From an uncultured Planctomycetia bacterium (lineage in GTDB: Bacteria; Omnitrophota; Gorgyraeia; Tantalellales; Tantalellaceae): 64,000 nt of DNA. This document shows, piece after piece, positions 1 to 11,300 of this stretch. How positions within the stretch are numbered: position 1 is the stretch's first letter; each line of letters begins with the position of its first letter. The stretch is from positions 11,775 to 75,774 of the forward strand of contig CAZNEE010000006.1 of the NCBI GenBank assembly GCA_964572255.1, in the 5' to 3' direction. The notes under the pieces were generated by a model. The model was not told the origin of the DNA and ran no database searches. It saw nothing but the letters and a program-made list of their open reading frames with translations. Position numbers and translations under genes: made by a program.

Positions 1-330
1 CTCATAACGATCCATAACCATATAATAATACGTTTTGCCATCTACTTCGTAAAAACCCGCTGTTCTGATCTTGGCCACTCCGTCAATATTTTGCGCTTTT
101 TCAGAGATCAGATATTCGTGAATAAACCGCGCCTTTTCTTTTGCTTCATATCTCGCTACCTCTTCCGGATTATTCCAATCTACAATACTTGCTGCGCCTT
201 TACTGGGGCTTAATACTTTCATTACGACAGGTCTGGTTACAACGAGCTCTCCTTCAGTTTCAGGTATTACTGCCTCATCTGCCATAAGGATGAAGCCAAA
301 ACCGCCGGCATCGATCAGGCCGCCGTCTGC
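1..330 (-). other. Second kinase-like (possibly pseudokinase) N-lobe in paralog A, truncated by the window edge.
   Basis: Translation shows LIDAGGFGFILMADEAV (Gly-rich loop-like), RPVVMKVLSP (the conserved Lys, as in VAIK) and NIDGVAKIRTAGFYEVDGKTYYYMVMDRYE, a typical beta4-beta5/hinge pattern. Confidence 0.45.
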
Positions 331-3300
331 CGCCCATTTTGCTCCTTTTACACCTGATGTTTTCGGAGCTATATAATATCTTAATCCCTCCCCGGGCTTT
401 TCAATAATATCCGGAACAGGCACTTTTTCTTTTCTATCGTCAGGCCCGCGTATATGTTTTTCATCGCCGATATCGCCCCTCTCTACTGAAATTTTAGACG
501 CAAATCTATCGGTTGCTTCTATTCCGTTTACTATTGCTCTTGCTTCTTCTACTGAAAGATTGCTTATAGCATCATTTGAAAGAGCTATCATCTCTTCGGC
601 AGAAAGTTCTCCAGGCGGAGCGCGGGCGTCTAAAAATCTTCCAAGGGCCTTGCCTAATGGGGTTTTTCTGGGCTGGCCGTCAAATGTATCTATATCAAAA
701 AAGTCTCCACGGCCAAAAACTTCAGTAGTAATACCAATTATTTCATAATGACTCAGTTTCGCTCTTTCCAATGCCTCGTGTAAAATATACTCATCGAGTA
801 AAATATTCTTCTTATCTTCGAGAGCATCGAGACGCTTCTTCTCGATTTTGAGAAGAAGCTCCTTCTTGGCGGATAATTCAGCATATAATCGTGCTTCCTC
901 CTCAGTAAAACCTGCTTCCCCCTCCTCACTAAGATATTCTATTATGTTCAGGGCAAGGCCGCTTTCGTAGCCTAAGAGATAGCTTTCTCTTGCTAAAACT
1001 TCTGCTTCAAACAAGATGAAGCTGCCTTCCGGATCATTTAAAGCATCTTCAACAATTCCAACTATCTCTTCAACTTCAGAAGCATCATACCCGTGTCCCC
1101 GAAGCAGTTCCTCAAGAACGCTTATCTTTTCATCTAACAATCTCTTGCGCCTTTCCTTAACTGCATCTGTTTGGTTCTTGTTTTTACTATCTTCCCAGGC
1201 TCCCTCACTATTTTCTTCAATTCTGTCTTTTACTTCGGGGTGTAATTCCCCTCTTGCATCTACAAACTCGACTCCCTTTGCGATAGTGCCGCCAATATCA
1301 GTCGGGCCTTCAGCTTCCCCGGGAAACAAATCATCAAGCGCTTTCCCAACATCTGCGCCTCTGGGTATTGCTGCCTCATCTTCGGCTTCTTCGGGAAGCA
1401 ACTCATCAAGAACTTTTACAACATCTGCAGAAGGCACTAAGTCCTCCACGAGCAGATAGTCTAAAACATCCTGGATCTGGCCTGGGGTTGGCACAGATTG
1501 AGGCTCATCCCATTCCAAGCTAACAAAAGGCGATTCCTCTTCTGTCATAAAGGCAATAGGCTCGCCTGGTTCGACATCAGCTTCTATATTAGCAAAAGGA
1601 GATTCTTCATCCCTCAATGTAAAGACAGGTTTTTGAGTTAAAATCTGTTTCATGCGTGAAAATTTCGCCTGCACAATATCGAGATCCCGATAACTCATTA
1701 GACCCATGCGCCGCAGAACTTCCTCTGCTGTCCCAAAACCGTTCCCGTTCTCATTAAGAAGCAGGCCCGCGATAAGAATATCGAATCCATTATTACTTTT
1801 CAGTAACTCATCTATCAGTTTTGCCCTTTCCTGGAACCATCTTGGCAGCTCTCTGCTTTTTGGCGTTTTCATATAAGGAAGTCTGCCGTAAAATAATTCG
1901 TACATGATCGTCCCTGCTGCGTACAGATCTGTTCTGAAATCATATTGTTTTGTTCTCATGGTCTCTAAAGGCATGTGTGCAACGGTTCCGGCTATACCTC
2001 CTTCAACGTCCATGTAAACCCGCCCTTCAGGCGCATACAATGAAATCCCGAAATCACTGACCTTTAAGGTTATTTGTCCGGTTACCGGATCACGTTTAAC
2101 AAATATATTATCCGGCTTAAGATCGGCGTGAATTATCCCGTTTTCGTGTAGAGTGACTACAATATTGAGGATCTGTCTTTCGAGGTCCATAAGTTGGTCA
2201 AATGTCAATCCTGCTCTTTGTCTGTATATCAGGTCCTGCAGGGTCCCTCCGTCCATGAATTCCTGTACCATGAAATGAAATGTCTTTTCCCCTTCCTGGT
2301 AGGTTCCTGCATTAAAGGCGTTCACCACAGCGGGATCACCATCCATCTTTCTCATCATCAAATATTCCTGAAAGAACCTTATCTGTTCACTTGCGTTAAG
2401 TTCAGGGTTCAGTATCTTCACTACCACTTCCCTGCCGACATTCTCGCCTTCAGCTTCAACAGCCTTAAAAATAGCACCCATTCCCCCTGAATTAATAAAT
2501 TCCTTTATCTCGTACCTCTTGCCTGCAACAGTAATTTCCGAGGGAGCCGTTAAAGGGATCCTCCCGTCGATGTTTCCTTCCAGTTGTTTGTTGCTGTAAT
2601 CAAATTCAACATTACTGTCAGGGAAAAAGCGTTTCCACTGCCGGTTTTGAAGTTGTTTTTCGGGAGAAATAAGTTTATCGAAAATCCTGTAACTCAATAA
2701 GCGGTCCATCCTTCTTTCAAGTCTCCTTGCTGTCCAATCGCGTTCTTCCGCCTGTTCCGCTTCCAAAGCCTTTCTTTCGCCCAACTTATCGAACTGAGCA
2801 AGGTCTACCGCTTCCAACGCAACTTCACCTGACCTGTTAAACCTTTCGAATAAATTTTCCATCCTCTGGTTAAGCTCATCGGAAAGACCATAATATGCGC
2901 CTATCTCATGGACTATTACTTTGACCTGTTCCTGGAGGGATAAATCTGCACTGACATGAACGCCTCTATGGCTGGCATGCCCCCTAAAGCCTACGATTCC
3001 TTCGGCTGAAAATATATTTATCTCGCCACTTACTATCGCATCTGCTATTCCCTCATATCCCATTGCCCTAAAAAATTTGACTATATCGGACTCTGCATTA
3101 AAAGCTAAAAGAGTCCTAACTGCAGTGGCTAACTGCGTATCGATAATCGCTTCATGATCCTCGTATGTGAAGTTGTCGGTACTTGTGATCTTGACATCGG
3201 CTAAAGCATCACTTACGCCTCTTTCAAGAGAATATGTAACTGTGCCGTCTTCCATTGAAAACTTGATACCGGTAGTTGAGCCTTCAAGAGTTACAAAAGC

Positions 3301-5049
3301 GTCTTCGCCTTCAACCAGTTTCTTGGCGATCTCGACCATTATCTCCGCCTCGTTCACGGCCGCTTCACCGTCAGCAGCTAAACCGAGCCTGTTCCACATA
3401 CTTGCAACCTGCATGGTTGAGCGTGATACCGCTTCGGTCAGCAAAGTTCCAAGACCGCTCCTTTCCCCTGCCAGTATCTTAAAGTAAGGAGATTCGTACC
3501 CTTCTTCGCTCCTGAAAGTAGGAAGTATTGAAATGTGCGAGATGCCTTTTTTCTCCAGAAGCTCGCAGATATTTTCTGTATGGAAACCCCCGGTAATAAG
3601 AATAGCTATCTGCATACCGCCTCTGGGCTCTTTTGCTCCGACGCTTGCGAACCTGATATTATCCAGAAAGACATCATCGCGCTTGAAAGAATAATCGAAA
3701 AACTTCTCTATGCGTCCGCGGTAATAATCGAGTTCCCGTATGTTCCTGTCCGGCCTTGCAGTTATCTTATGGTAGGGAGCTTCTTTTTCGATGAAGGACG
3801 TGAAATTGCTGACATCGAAATCGGATCTATTCTTCTGATAATAAATATAATCGTCTTTAGAAAGCTTTAAATTGAATATATTTTTAGTGATCACCAGATC
3901 TTTTGAAAGCCTATCGAGCTCCTTCTGTTTCTCGTTCTGGAAGATGATCTCCTTGATATCGGCTTCCAATGCGTCAAGCTCGCTTATAACTTTTGTCTTA
4001 TCGACAGCTCCGTAGAGCGAAACATAAATGATATATTTTCTGAGTTCCGGGTAGTCTTCCAGGCTGATATTCACGATCTTTGCTTTCTTGACGAGTTCTT
4101 CATAATATTCACGCTGCGGGATCATTTTAGCTTCGAACTCTAAAGTTTTAGCGACAAGATCTTTTAGTTCTCTCTGTGAAAGCTTGTTTTTCAAAAGATC
4201 AACAAGTTCATCCCTTTCAATATTCGCTTTTTTGAAATTTATCTTGGTTTCCTCTTCGAGGGACTGCTTCAGCAGGTATATGTTCGTATATGATTTAACA
4301 TCGATGGCTTTTTCCTTTGCCTTGCTGATCATGTATGTGAGGTAATCCTTAAACTCTATCCTCTCAGCTTTATATTGGGTGTATACTTCGTCGATATCTC
4401 TTAGTTCGTCGCTGAATATACGTCTTTTCAAATTGTTTATGATATGAGTAAGCTCGTTTAAATACTTATCCACCTTTTCCTTATAGGTGAGAGATTCACG
4501 ATAGATTTTCAGGTTATCAAGATACAGCTTTTCATTTTCGACGCCCCAGAGCGACACATCATCAGAATTATTAAGGGCAAAATATTCGGCCGCGTTAACC
4601 AGTCCCTGCCCCACAAAGAAATCCCCGACCTTATCACGAAGAGTTTTATTTTCAATTTCGGTAAAAGGGGACAGGTCATAACTGCCTACACCTCCTTCAA
4701 GATTGATCATGCTAACGCCGTATTCTTTGTTTAAATGCTGGATAATATTTGAAATTTGTTTTTGAGCATCGTAATTGCAATGGGCATCCTGTATATGGAT
4801 CAACAGTTTATTCGGATCGCCCTTAAAAGAATGTCTGACGAGACCCATGTCATGAGGAAGATTGAATGTCTCCGGATCGATGGGAGAAAATCCTTCCCTG
4901 GAAGAGGCGGCCAGATCATAAGATATTCCCGGAACATCTACCGCGCCCCAGGCATTGCCGGAGACCATGCTTAAGGTAAAAAATACCGTTAAAAGGCAGC
5001 TGACTGTCTTTTTCGCCAGACCATGTCTCTCCCAAGTTAGATGTATCAT
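1..5049 (-). CDS. Giant secreted protein, paralog A. Signal peptide, then the conserved ~600 aa N-module shared with paralogs B and C, then a Ser/Thr kinase, acidic repeats and a second kinase-like domain. The 3' end lies beyond the window (more than 1683 codons).
   Basis: The ATG at 5049..5047 is preceded by AAGAGGTGGAAG. The manual translation starts MIHLTWERHGLAKKTVSCLLTVFFTLSMVSGNAWGA, then ...LLIHIQDAHCNYDAQKQISNIIQHLNKEYGVSMINLEGGVGSYDL... and ...ILITGGFHTENICELLEKKGI...EEGYESPYFKILAG...ASMWN. These match the N-termini of ORFs 5305..19329 and 19693..23454. No minus-strand stop codon is present in this frame down to base 1, consistent with no complete minus-strand ORF being listed in the track for this region. 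Confidence 0.8.
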   Translation of the reverse strand, partial: MIHLTWERHGLAKKTVSCLLTVFFTLSMVSGNAWGAVDVPGISYDLAASSREGFSPIDPETFNLPHDMGLVRHSFKGDPNKLLIHIQDAHCNYDAQKQISNIIQHLNKEYGVSMINLEGGVGSYDLSPFTEIENKTLRDKVGDFFVGQGLVNAAEYFALNNSDDVSLWGVENEKLYLDNLKIYRESLTYKEKVDKYLNELTHIINNLKRRIFSDELRDIDEVYTQYKAERIEFKDYLTYMISKAKEKAIDVKSYTNIYLLKQSLEEETKINFKKANIERDELVDLLKNKLSQRELKDLVAKTLEFEAKMIPQREYYEELVKKAKIVNISLEDYPELRKYIIYVSLYGAVDKTKVISELDALEADIKEIIFQNEKQKELDRLSKDLVITKNIFNLKLSKDDYIYYQKNRSDFDVSNFTSFIEKEAPYHKITARPDRNIRELDYYRGRIEKFFDYSFKRDDVFLDNIRFASVGAKEPRGGMQIAILITGGFHTENICELLEKKGISHISILPTFRSEEGYESPYFKILAGERSGLGTLLTEAVSRSTMQVASMWNRLGLAADGEAAVNEAEIMVEIAKKLVEGEDAFVTLEGSTTGIKFSMEDGTVTYSLERGVSDALADVKITSTDNFTYEDHEAIIDTQLATAVRTLLAFNAESDIVKFFRAMGYEGIADAIVSGEINIFSAEGIVGFRGHASHRGVHVSADLSLQEQVKVIVHEIGAYYGLSDELNQRMENLFERFNRSGEVALEAVDLAQFDKLGERKALEAEQAEERDWTARRLERRMDRLLSYRIFDKLISPEKQLQNRQWKRFFPDSNVEFDYSNKQLEGNIDGRIPLTAPSEITVAGKRYEIKEFINSGGMGAIFKAVEAEGENVGREVVVKILNPELNASEQIRFFQEYLMMRKMDGDPAVVNAFNAGTYQEGEKTFHFMVQEFMDGGTLQDLIYRQRAGLTFDQLMDLERQILNIVVTLHENGIIHADLKPDNIFVKRDPVTGQITLKVSDFGISLYAPEGRVYMDVEGGIAGTVAHMPLETMRTKQYDFRTDLYAAGTIMYELFYGRLPYMKTPKSRELPRWFQERAKLIDELLKSNNGFDILIAGLLLNENGNGFGTAEEVLRRMGLMSYRDLDIVQAKFSRMKQILTQKPVFTLRDEESPFANIEADVEPGEPIAFMTEEESPFVSLEWDEPQSVPTPGQIQDVLDYLLVEDLVPSADVVKVLDELLPEEAEDEAAIPRGADVGKALDDLFPGEAEGPTDIGGTIAKGVEFVDARGELHPEVKDRIEENSEGAWEDSKNKNQTDAVKERRKRLLDEKISVLEELLRGHGYDASEVEEIVGIVEDALNDPEGSFILFEAEVLARESYLLGYESGLALNIIEYLSEEGEAGFTEEEARLYAELSAKKELLLKIEKKRLDALEDKKNILLDEYILHEALERAKLSHYEIIGITTEVFGRGDFFDIDTFDGQPRKTPLGKALGRFLDARAPPGELSAEEMIALSNDAISNLSVEEARAIVNGIEATDRFASKISVERGDIGDEKHIRGPDDRKEKVPVPDIIEKPGEGLRYYIAPKTSGVKGAKWAADGGLIDAGGFGFILMADEAVIPETEGELVVTRPVVMKVLSPSKGAASIVDWNNPEEVARYEAKEKARFIHEYLISEKAQNIDGVAKIRTAGFYEVDGKTYYYMVMDRYE
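1300..1620 (-). repeat. Acidic tandem peptide repeats in paralog A: ~22 aa units ADVVKVLDELLPEEAEDE and ADVGKALDDLFPGEAEGP, plus EESPF-x-E-D motifs.
   Basis: Manual translation gives DEESPFANIEADVEPGE, EEESPFVSLEWDEPQ, ADVVKVLDELLPEEAEDEAAIPRG and ADVGKALDDLFPGEAEGP. Confidence 0.55.
1830..2515 (-). other. Hanks-type (eukaryotic-like) Ser/Thr protein kinase domain within paralog A. It is a non-RD kinase with catalytic loop HADLKPDN.
   Basis: Manual translation shows YEIKEFINSGGMGAIFKA (Gly loop), VVVKIL (the conserved Lys, as in VAIK), MVQEFMDGGTLQDLI (hinge), IIHADLKPDNIF (catalytic loop) and VSDFGIS (DFG). It also shows GTVAHMPLE (activation segment) and DLYAAGTIMYELFYGRLPY. Confidence 0.8.
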
Positions 5050-5202
5050 CTTCCACCTCTTACGGCACAAATATACTTTTAAAAACATTATAATAATTAG
5101 GCAAAAAAAAATACGCAGGACACACTTTATGCCCTGATAAATAGCCCCTCTTCTAATTATTATAACGTACGCGCTAATACCTTACTTTACTCTACTATAA
5201 TT

Positions 5203-5255
5203 ATTATACCCCACTTTTCCCTAATATGCCAAAAAATCAAGCTAAATTTTGTGTG
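5203..5255 (-). promoter_or_regulatory. Putative promoter of paralog A. Conserved box B (5233..5255) abuts a -35 TTGGCA (5232..5227), an 18 nt spacer and a -10 TATAAT (5208..5203).
   Basis: The gene-sense sequence is AAGTCACACAAAATTTAGCTTGATTTT-TTGGCA-N18-TATAAT. The same architecture lies at the same distance (~150-200 nt) upstream of paralogs B and C. A T9-GCC box A sits at ~5093-5110. Confidence 0.5.
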
Positions 5256-5304
5256 ACTTAATTTTTGTAAGTTTATTAATTTGAATAGCTTATAGAAACA
5301 AAAA

Positions 5305-8300
5305 TTAGAGGGATATAAGTACTGCTTCTCGGGCATCTTTCCAGTCCTCAATATCGGTAAAATCTATGGCCCGTATCCGCAAAGCTATACTTCCGGTTAG
5401 GATGCTATTTATCAGTTCGCGGGGATTCCCGGCATATTTGGCAAAATCTATAGACCCGGGCTCGACCAGGGTCTCAAGAAAATCAACTAAGTGCTTAAGC
5501 TCTTCACTTCCTTGTCTCGTTCCTTCACCGAACACACCTTTTTCAAACCTTTCATAATTAAGCAAGCCTTTTGAAAGGATAATATGCATTACATTGTCTA
5601 TCATTCCATTTTCCGGGATGTTTTCGACTGTAACTACGGTAATAAGATCTTTTATTTTTTCGTAATCTTCCAAAAGATCTGCTCTTTCGAATATATTTCT
5701 TAGATCCACGCCTTCCGGAAGCTCAAACAATATTCTCGGATCCTTGTCTTCACTCTTATAAAACGCCGGGAGGATCCTTTCCTTTATTAATCTTGCGAGA
5801 CTCGGCTCTAAATTCTTAAAATCATAGCCGTAAGGCAGTGTTTCCTGGCCGAAATCTTTTCGGAACTTTCTTGCGCTCTTTCTGTTTATATCTTCCTGGT
5901 ATGCCACATATATGTCTGATCCCGGCAGAATAATTATATCCATTTTATTCTGGCGTAGATCTGTTAGGGCATTTCTTCCGGTCCCAATTCGCTCATCAAC
6001 TATTTCTTTTTTCTCTTCAGCAGGCTCCTCAAGAGCTATAACAATTGTTTCCTCTGCTTCGGGAACAGCCGCCAATTCTTTACGTCTATCAAACTCCAAA
6101 GCTACAAGCCCCCCTTGGACATCATCACTGTCAGACAACCTCAAAAGCCTGTCAAAAAGCGGTTCAAGCTCGACATGGAGTGCTTTTACGTCCTCATGTG
6201 AAACGCTCATACCCTCTCTTTCGCGTTCTTCCAAAAGTTCATAGATTTTACTCTTGATCTCATCTACTGTATCTGCCGCCATAGTTATGTCCCGGACAGC
6301 TTTTTCCCTGTCTATTCTTCCTAAATGTCTTTCGGAAAATGCCTCCCTGAAGATCCTTTCCACCTCATCGACCCTTCTTTCGACTTTTCTTAAATGGTCT
6401 TTCGGCTCAAGTCCTGCAAATACTTCGGTTCCGTCTTCATAAACTTTTTTCCCTATAACAGTCCCCCTGGAATACATTATCGCGTTAGCGATTAATTGCC
6501 TGAGTTTCACTAAAAGATTATGCGCCAGTGGGGGACTACGCAGAATATTCATGCCGTAAAGAAGCACACCATGCCCCTGCACGGCTGTCTCAAAATCAAG
6601 CGTATCATTATCTTTTTGGGAAGGATCCTTCAACAGGTCCTCTATGCCGATCAGCCTCATATCACTCTTCTCTACACGCCTCCCTTTGAACCATTCTTCG
6701 GGATTTTTGATCGGAATGCCAAGAAAATGCCTCTTACTTTGCGGCACCGAACCTTTTAAAACTACGGCCAGATCCATATCAGACGGCTCAACAGCTTCTG
6801 CCCAACAATAACTGCCGTATGTAATAACCGCCAAAATGTCGTCTTTTTCTATTTCCAGCCCGGCTTCTTTTGCCTGGGCTACGGCAAAATCCTTGATCCT
6901 CTCGACGATATCTTCAGTGAATGAACCAAATGTTCTCTCCTCAAAAGCCTTTTTGTCGTCAGCGCTGTAAGAACGAAAGTACCAGTTGAACTCTTCCATC
7001 ATCTTTAAGATCTCATCCCTGTCCGTATTGATATCATAAACCTTCTCATCCTCCGGTGAAGCCACTCTGGTAGGTCTGAATTCATAAAGTTCGTAGGAAA
7101 GGTCTATCTGGATCTGCCTGAGTAATTCTTCGTCTGAAGCAACAGGCTCTTCCTTAACTTCTTCGCGGGTTACGACAGTTGTTTCCTCAACTTCTTCGCG
7201 GGTTACAATAGTTGTTTCATCTTCTTTGGCTTCCGCCAACCTCATCCGCTTGGCGATTTCGTCCCTGATAACCCCTCTTAAGATCTTATCAAACTGAGGT
7301 GTCTCGGCTATAGCAGAAAGAACTGAAGCTCCAAGCGCACTACCCACGATCCCTTCAAAAGCTTTCTGCATAAACAGCGTTGTTCTTATATTCGGCATGA
7401 GCTTTTCAATGATTTCAACCGGGTTAAGGCCCCGATCGAGCATTATCTGCATATCCTGCTCGGCAAGTAATGCCTCTTCTTTGCGTTTTGCTTCTTCTGC
7501 AGGCATTTCATCGTATAATTCCTTATATATGCCCGCTTCATGCATAAGCTCATGAGAAAACCCGATCAGATCCATCTCGATCGGAGCATCGGCGTCTATA
7601 TTCATGTACATATATCCAAAATATCCATCATCTTTACAATTACCATAAAGAGCGGGAGATTGTCTGAGAGCATCTACTATCAAATATTTTTTCTTAGAAA
7701 GAGTTTCTTTTAATTTCTCTTGATATTTTGGGCCTCTTATTTCTATACATCTGTCAATAAATCCTTGAAGTGTCATATTTTGTGCTTGGATGCGTTCAAA
7801 AACTTTTTTATGTATATAAATTTGAACTTTAACGCCATTTATCTCAACAGGCAAACTGTAAAAATTAGGTATAATTCTTTCTGTCTCAATTTGCCACGCC
7901 AGGGCCTCTATTCTTCCTTCGTCGCCGAATATTTCATCTTCACTGACATGTAATTCCCCGTCCGTGAATAGCCAGAAATTAGCAAGGGGCGGCATTTCAG
8001 CAGGTGGCTTCTCTTGTATTCTAGTATCAACAAAACTAACTTCCAGCACCTTTGCCTGTCCTCTCGCATCTTTAGTCACTACATTAATACTGTTTACGCT
8101 TTCTGTGCCTGAAGCAGTATATTTTGGCACAAGAACGCCGATCTGTCTTAATTCTCCTAAAGTTGTTTTTTCCCCGGTTTCAACAGTAATAACTTGCGCA
8201 TCATCAGGGAATACCTGTAGCCTCAATGTGCTTATTAATGCTATTAGCTTATGAGCTTCGAACTTATCTTTTTGTTTCTCGAGGGTATACACTATAATTT

Positions 8301-11300
8301 CTTCTTCTGTATCAAACTTTTCTTTACCTATCACCATTTCGTCAATTCTAGTTTCAATGTCATCTTTGTCTTTATATTGACCATTCATGGCCTCTTCCAT
8401 TACTCGCCTGATCTTTAATATGCTCTTTCTTCCATCAAGCATATTTCTTACAAACTTTGCAACCTCCGGCGAAAGTGCTTCACTCACATGACTATAGTTA
8501 ATAATTAAATTAAACAGTTCATCCAAGGTAACATTTTCGCCGATCTGTATATTTAAACTTTCAATAGAGTCTTCTTGCTTGAGAACATCCAGAGCAAATA
8601 ACTTTTCACCCGGTTTTGGAATACCTTTAAAAAGTTCTTCCGTCGGATAAATTCCTTCAAGCTCTAAAAGCCTGTTGAATTCTGCCAGCTTTCCGGGATC
8701 GCCGCTTATAGCTTCTCTTATGATCTCTACTTGATAGTACATGCCTGTCAGTTTTAGGTAATCAATTGACCATTGGGCTTCTTCTTCCCTTGCACGTCTT
8801 CCTAAGTCTTCCGGTATCATTCCTCCGGCTAGCGTCTCTGGCTTTACAACTGTAACTGGTCTTTTTACAATACCTTTACTAGTAAGAGTCTCAGATGTAC
8901 CTTGCGCGGTCCCTCTTACTATTCCTTCAGGTGTCATGTGTGTTGCGTTATACCGCCTTCTTCGAAGCTGCCCTCGGCCTATCATAATTACCATCACCGC
9001 AACAAACCATGGTACTAATATTGGAGTGCCGGCACTGCTTCCCCAGTTGGCTACCGCGCAACCGCTGGAAACTTTCCGCTCCTCCGGTGCCGTCCACACT
9101 TCTGTTTCCTTCCAATGCCTAATAAAATCTATCTGCTCGGCGGTTATATAATAACTCGCATCCTGCCAGATAAGCGCGCCGCTGCTTCCGTTTTCATATA
9201 CTATACCGATCACATTGGCAAAAGTCGGATCAGAAAAATATCCCGGGTCAAGCTCGCCATGAAAATAGCTGCTGCCGGTCGGGATCGCATCATCGGGGTA
9301 TTGCGGAGGCGACATGCCCGGATATACATGTAATTGTTCCGAATCTACTCCCGTATAACGATCGACATTATCCGCGCCATTTAGCCCGACGGTCACTGTC
9401 GAGCCGGGATCATTCGCGTGAACCATCTCTATTCCCTCTGAAACAAAAGTATCAACCTCTCCATCAGTTATGCTTGTTTTCTTTGCCACGTCGGAAGGCT
9501 CATTCATGAAATCCCATATTTCTATTTTCTCGGCATATCTACTGACAAATTGCCCCATCAGATCAAATAATGCGGACCTTTTAACAGGATCCGTTATAAG
9601 ATCCTGGTGCTCGCCTTCATATTGAGACACTACGCCATCGGCTAACGTTTTATCAAATAATACCGGTAAAATATTTATCCCGAGAGCGTGAGCTGCTTCT
9701 AAAAGCGTATCCATATCGTCATAAACCTGTGAATTAATATCCAGCGGTGTTCCGTCCACATCAAAAATAATACCTGACCTTAAATCACAGAAAATAAACA
9801 CCCTTACAGTGCAGCCTTTCCATGGCTCGAGTTTTTGATATAATTGATTTTTCTTCGTAGCCAAACCTTCATATGTCTCGCCATTTGCTCCTTGTCCAAA
9901 ATCATAACCATATCTTACCCATGCCAGATTCACACCCCTTATAAATTCCTGCCCGGGAGTCCATTCCTTGGTAGTCTCGTCGGGATATATACTTACGATC
10001 CCCCCGTCTGTTGTATATACTATTGTCTCTTCAAGGCTCCATGAAGCATCATAATCATACACAGTACGAGTACCATCCGCTTCATGTAACGTATTAATAT
10101 AGCTGTCTTCCCCGACTACGTTATATGTAGCTACATCACCGTTATCGTACGTCCTGACAACAAAATCCGGAGATATGATCTCTTCAATAAAATCAACGGC
10201 AGACACTTCGCTTATTGGAACAAAAAGTAGAAAAATAAAAGTTGAAACTGCAGCAGTAACCTTCGATCCCAAATTGATAACGGAATGGCTTAATATGGCC
10301 AGGGCCATAAATGCCCATGGATTAGACGTAACGGACATCAATATGACAAAATTGATCAAAGACACAACAAAAGGCGCAGCTTTTATTCCCTTATGATGAG
10401 AAACAAATAATACTGCTGCGGGAATCTGCAGAAAAAGCGCAATAAGTATCACTAAAGAAGGTCCCATAAAACTGCCCATAACCAGAGAGCCAATCAAGGA
10501 TGCAAACAACAGCGGCAGGCCCCTGTAAAGCGGTTCTTCCACTAAAGGCGCAATTACCAACCTCCTCACCCACTGCGGCATCCAGGGCATTCTCTTATCG
10601 AGCCATTTTTCAAGCCATTCCGTCGTGGCAAAACCGAAAGGTTCTTCAGGCTCAGTAGGAGGCTTCTTCTCAGATGACATAAGAAACAGCTTCTTTACCC
10701 AATCTTCCTCTTCCTCACGCAAGAAATCATATTCATCTGCATCTCCTCCTTCGGGAAGCTCTCCTTCAAGCATGGAGATGTACGGAATGTTTTTATCGCC
10801 CCTCTTTGCGGTAAGGTGTTCTGCCAGGGCGCTAAAGGCTCTTCTTCCAAGGCGCCTCATAAGCATGTCCCTTATCGCAGCCTTAATCGCTTCTCCTCTC
10901 GCATCTTCTGAAAGCAAGAAGATATCCTTATCAAAAAGGAGCCTGATTTCTTTATTTACGGCAGCAGTCGATAAGGGAAGTATCATCTTCAAAAGCTCGC
11001 CAAAGGTTTTGTAAAATTCATCACGATCTTCTGTTGTAAGCAGGGTATTTTTTATACGTAAAAACCTGTCTGTGTTATCAAAGTCAGCGAATTTGTCCGT
11101 AAAATCTTTCTCCGCTGCTTCATATTCTTTTCTTTTTGCTTCTATTTTCACTCTGCCGTCAAAATAGAATTCTTTAAGCGCGTTCCTCAAAGAAGCAAGG
11201 CTCACCTTATCCGAAACAGATAGGTCTTGTATCAGATAGATTATTTTTGATATCTCCTCCTGCGTCATGAAAGGATCAGAAAGAAGAAGATGTATGTAGT

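Noticed and set aside
560-5137. Many 60-170 aa plus-strand ORFs in the track across 1-5137, plus similar plus-strand ORFs inside 5305-37820.
   Set aside because: They lie antisense to long uninterrupted minus-strand reading frames with clear protein motifs (kinase, YD repeats and others). They have low-complexity Ser/Pro/Leu-rich translations typical of shadow ORFs.
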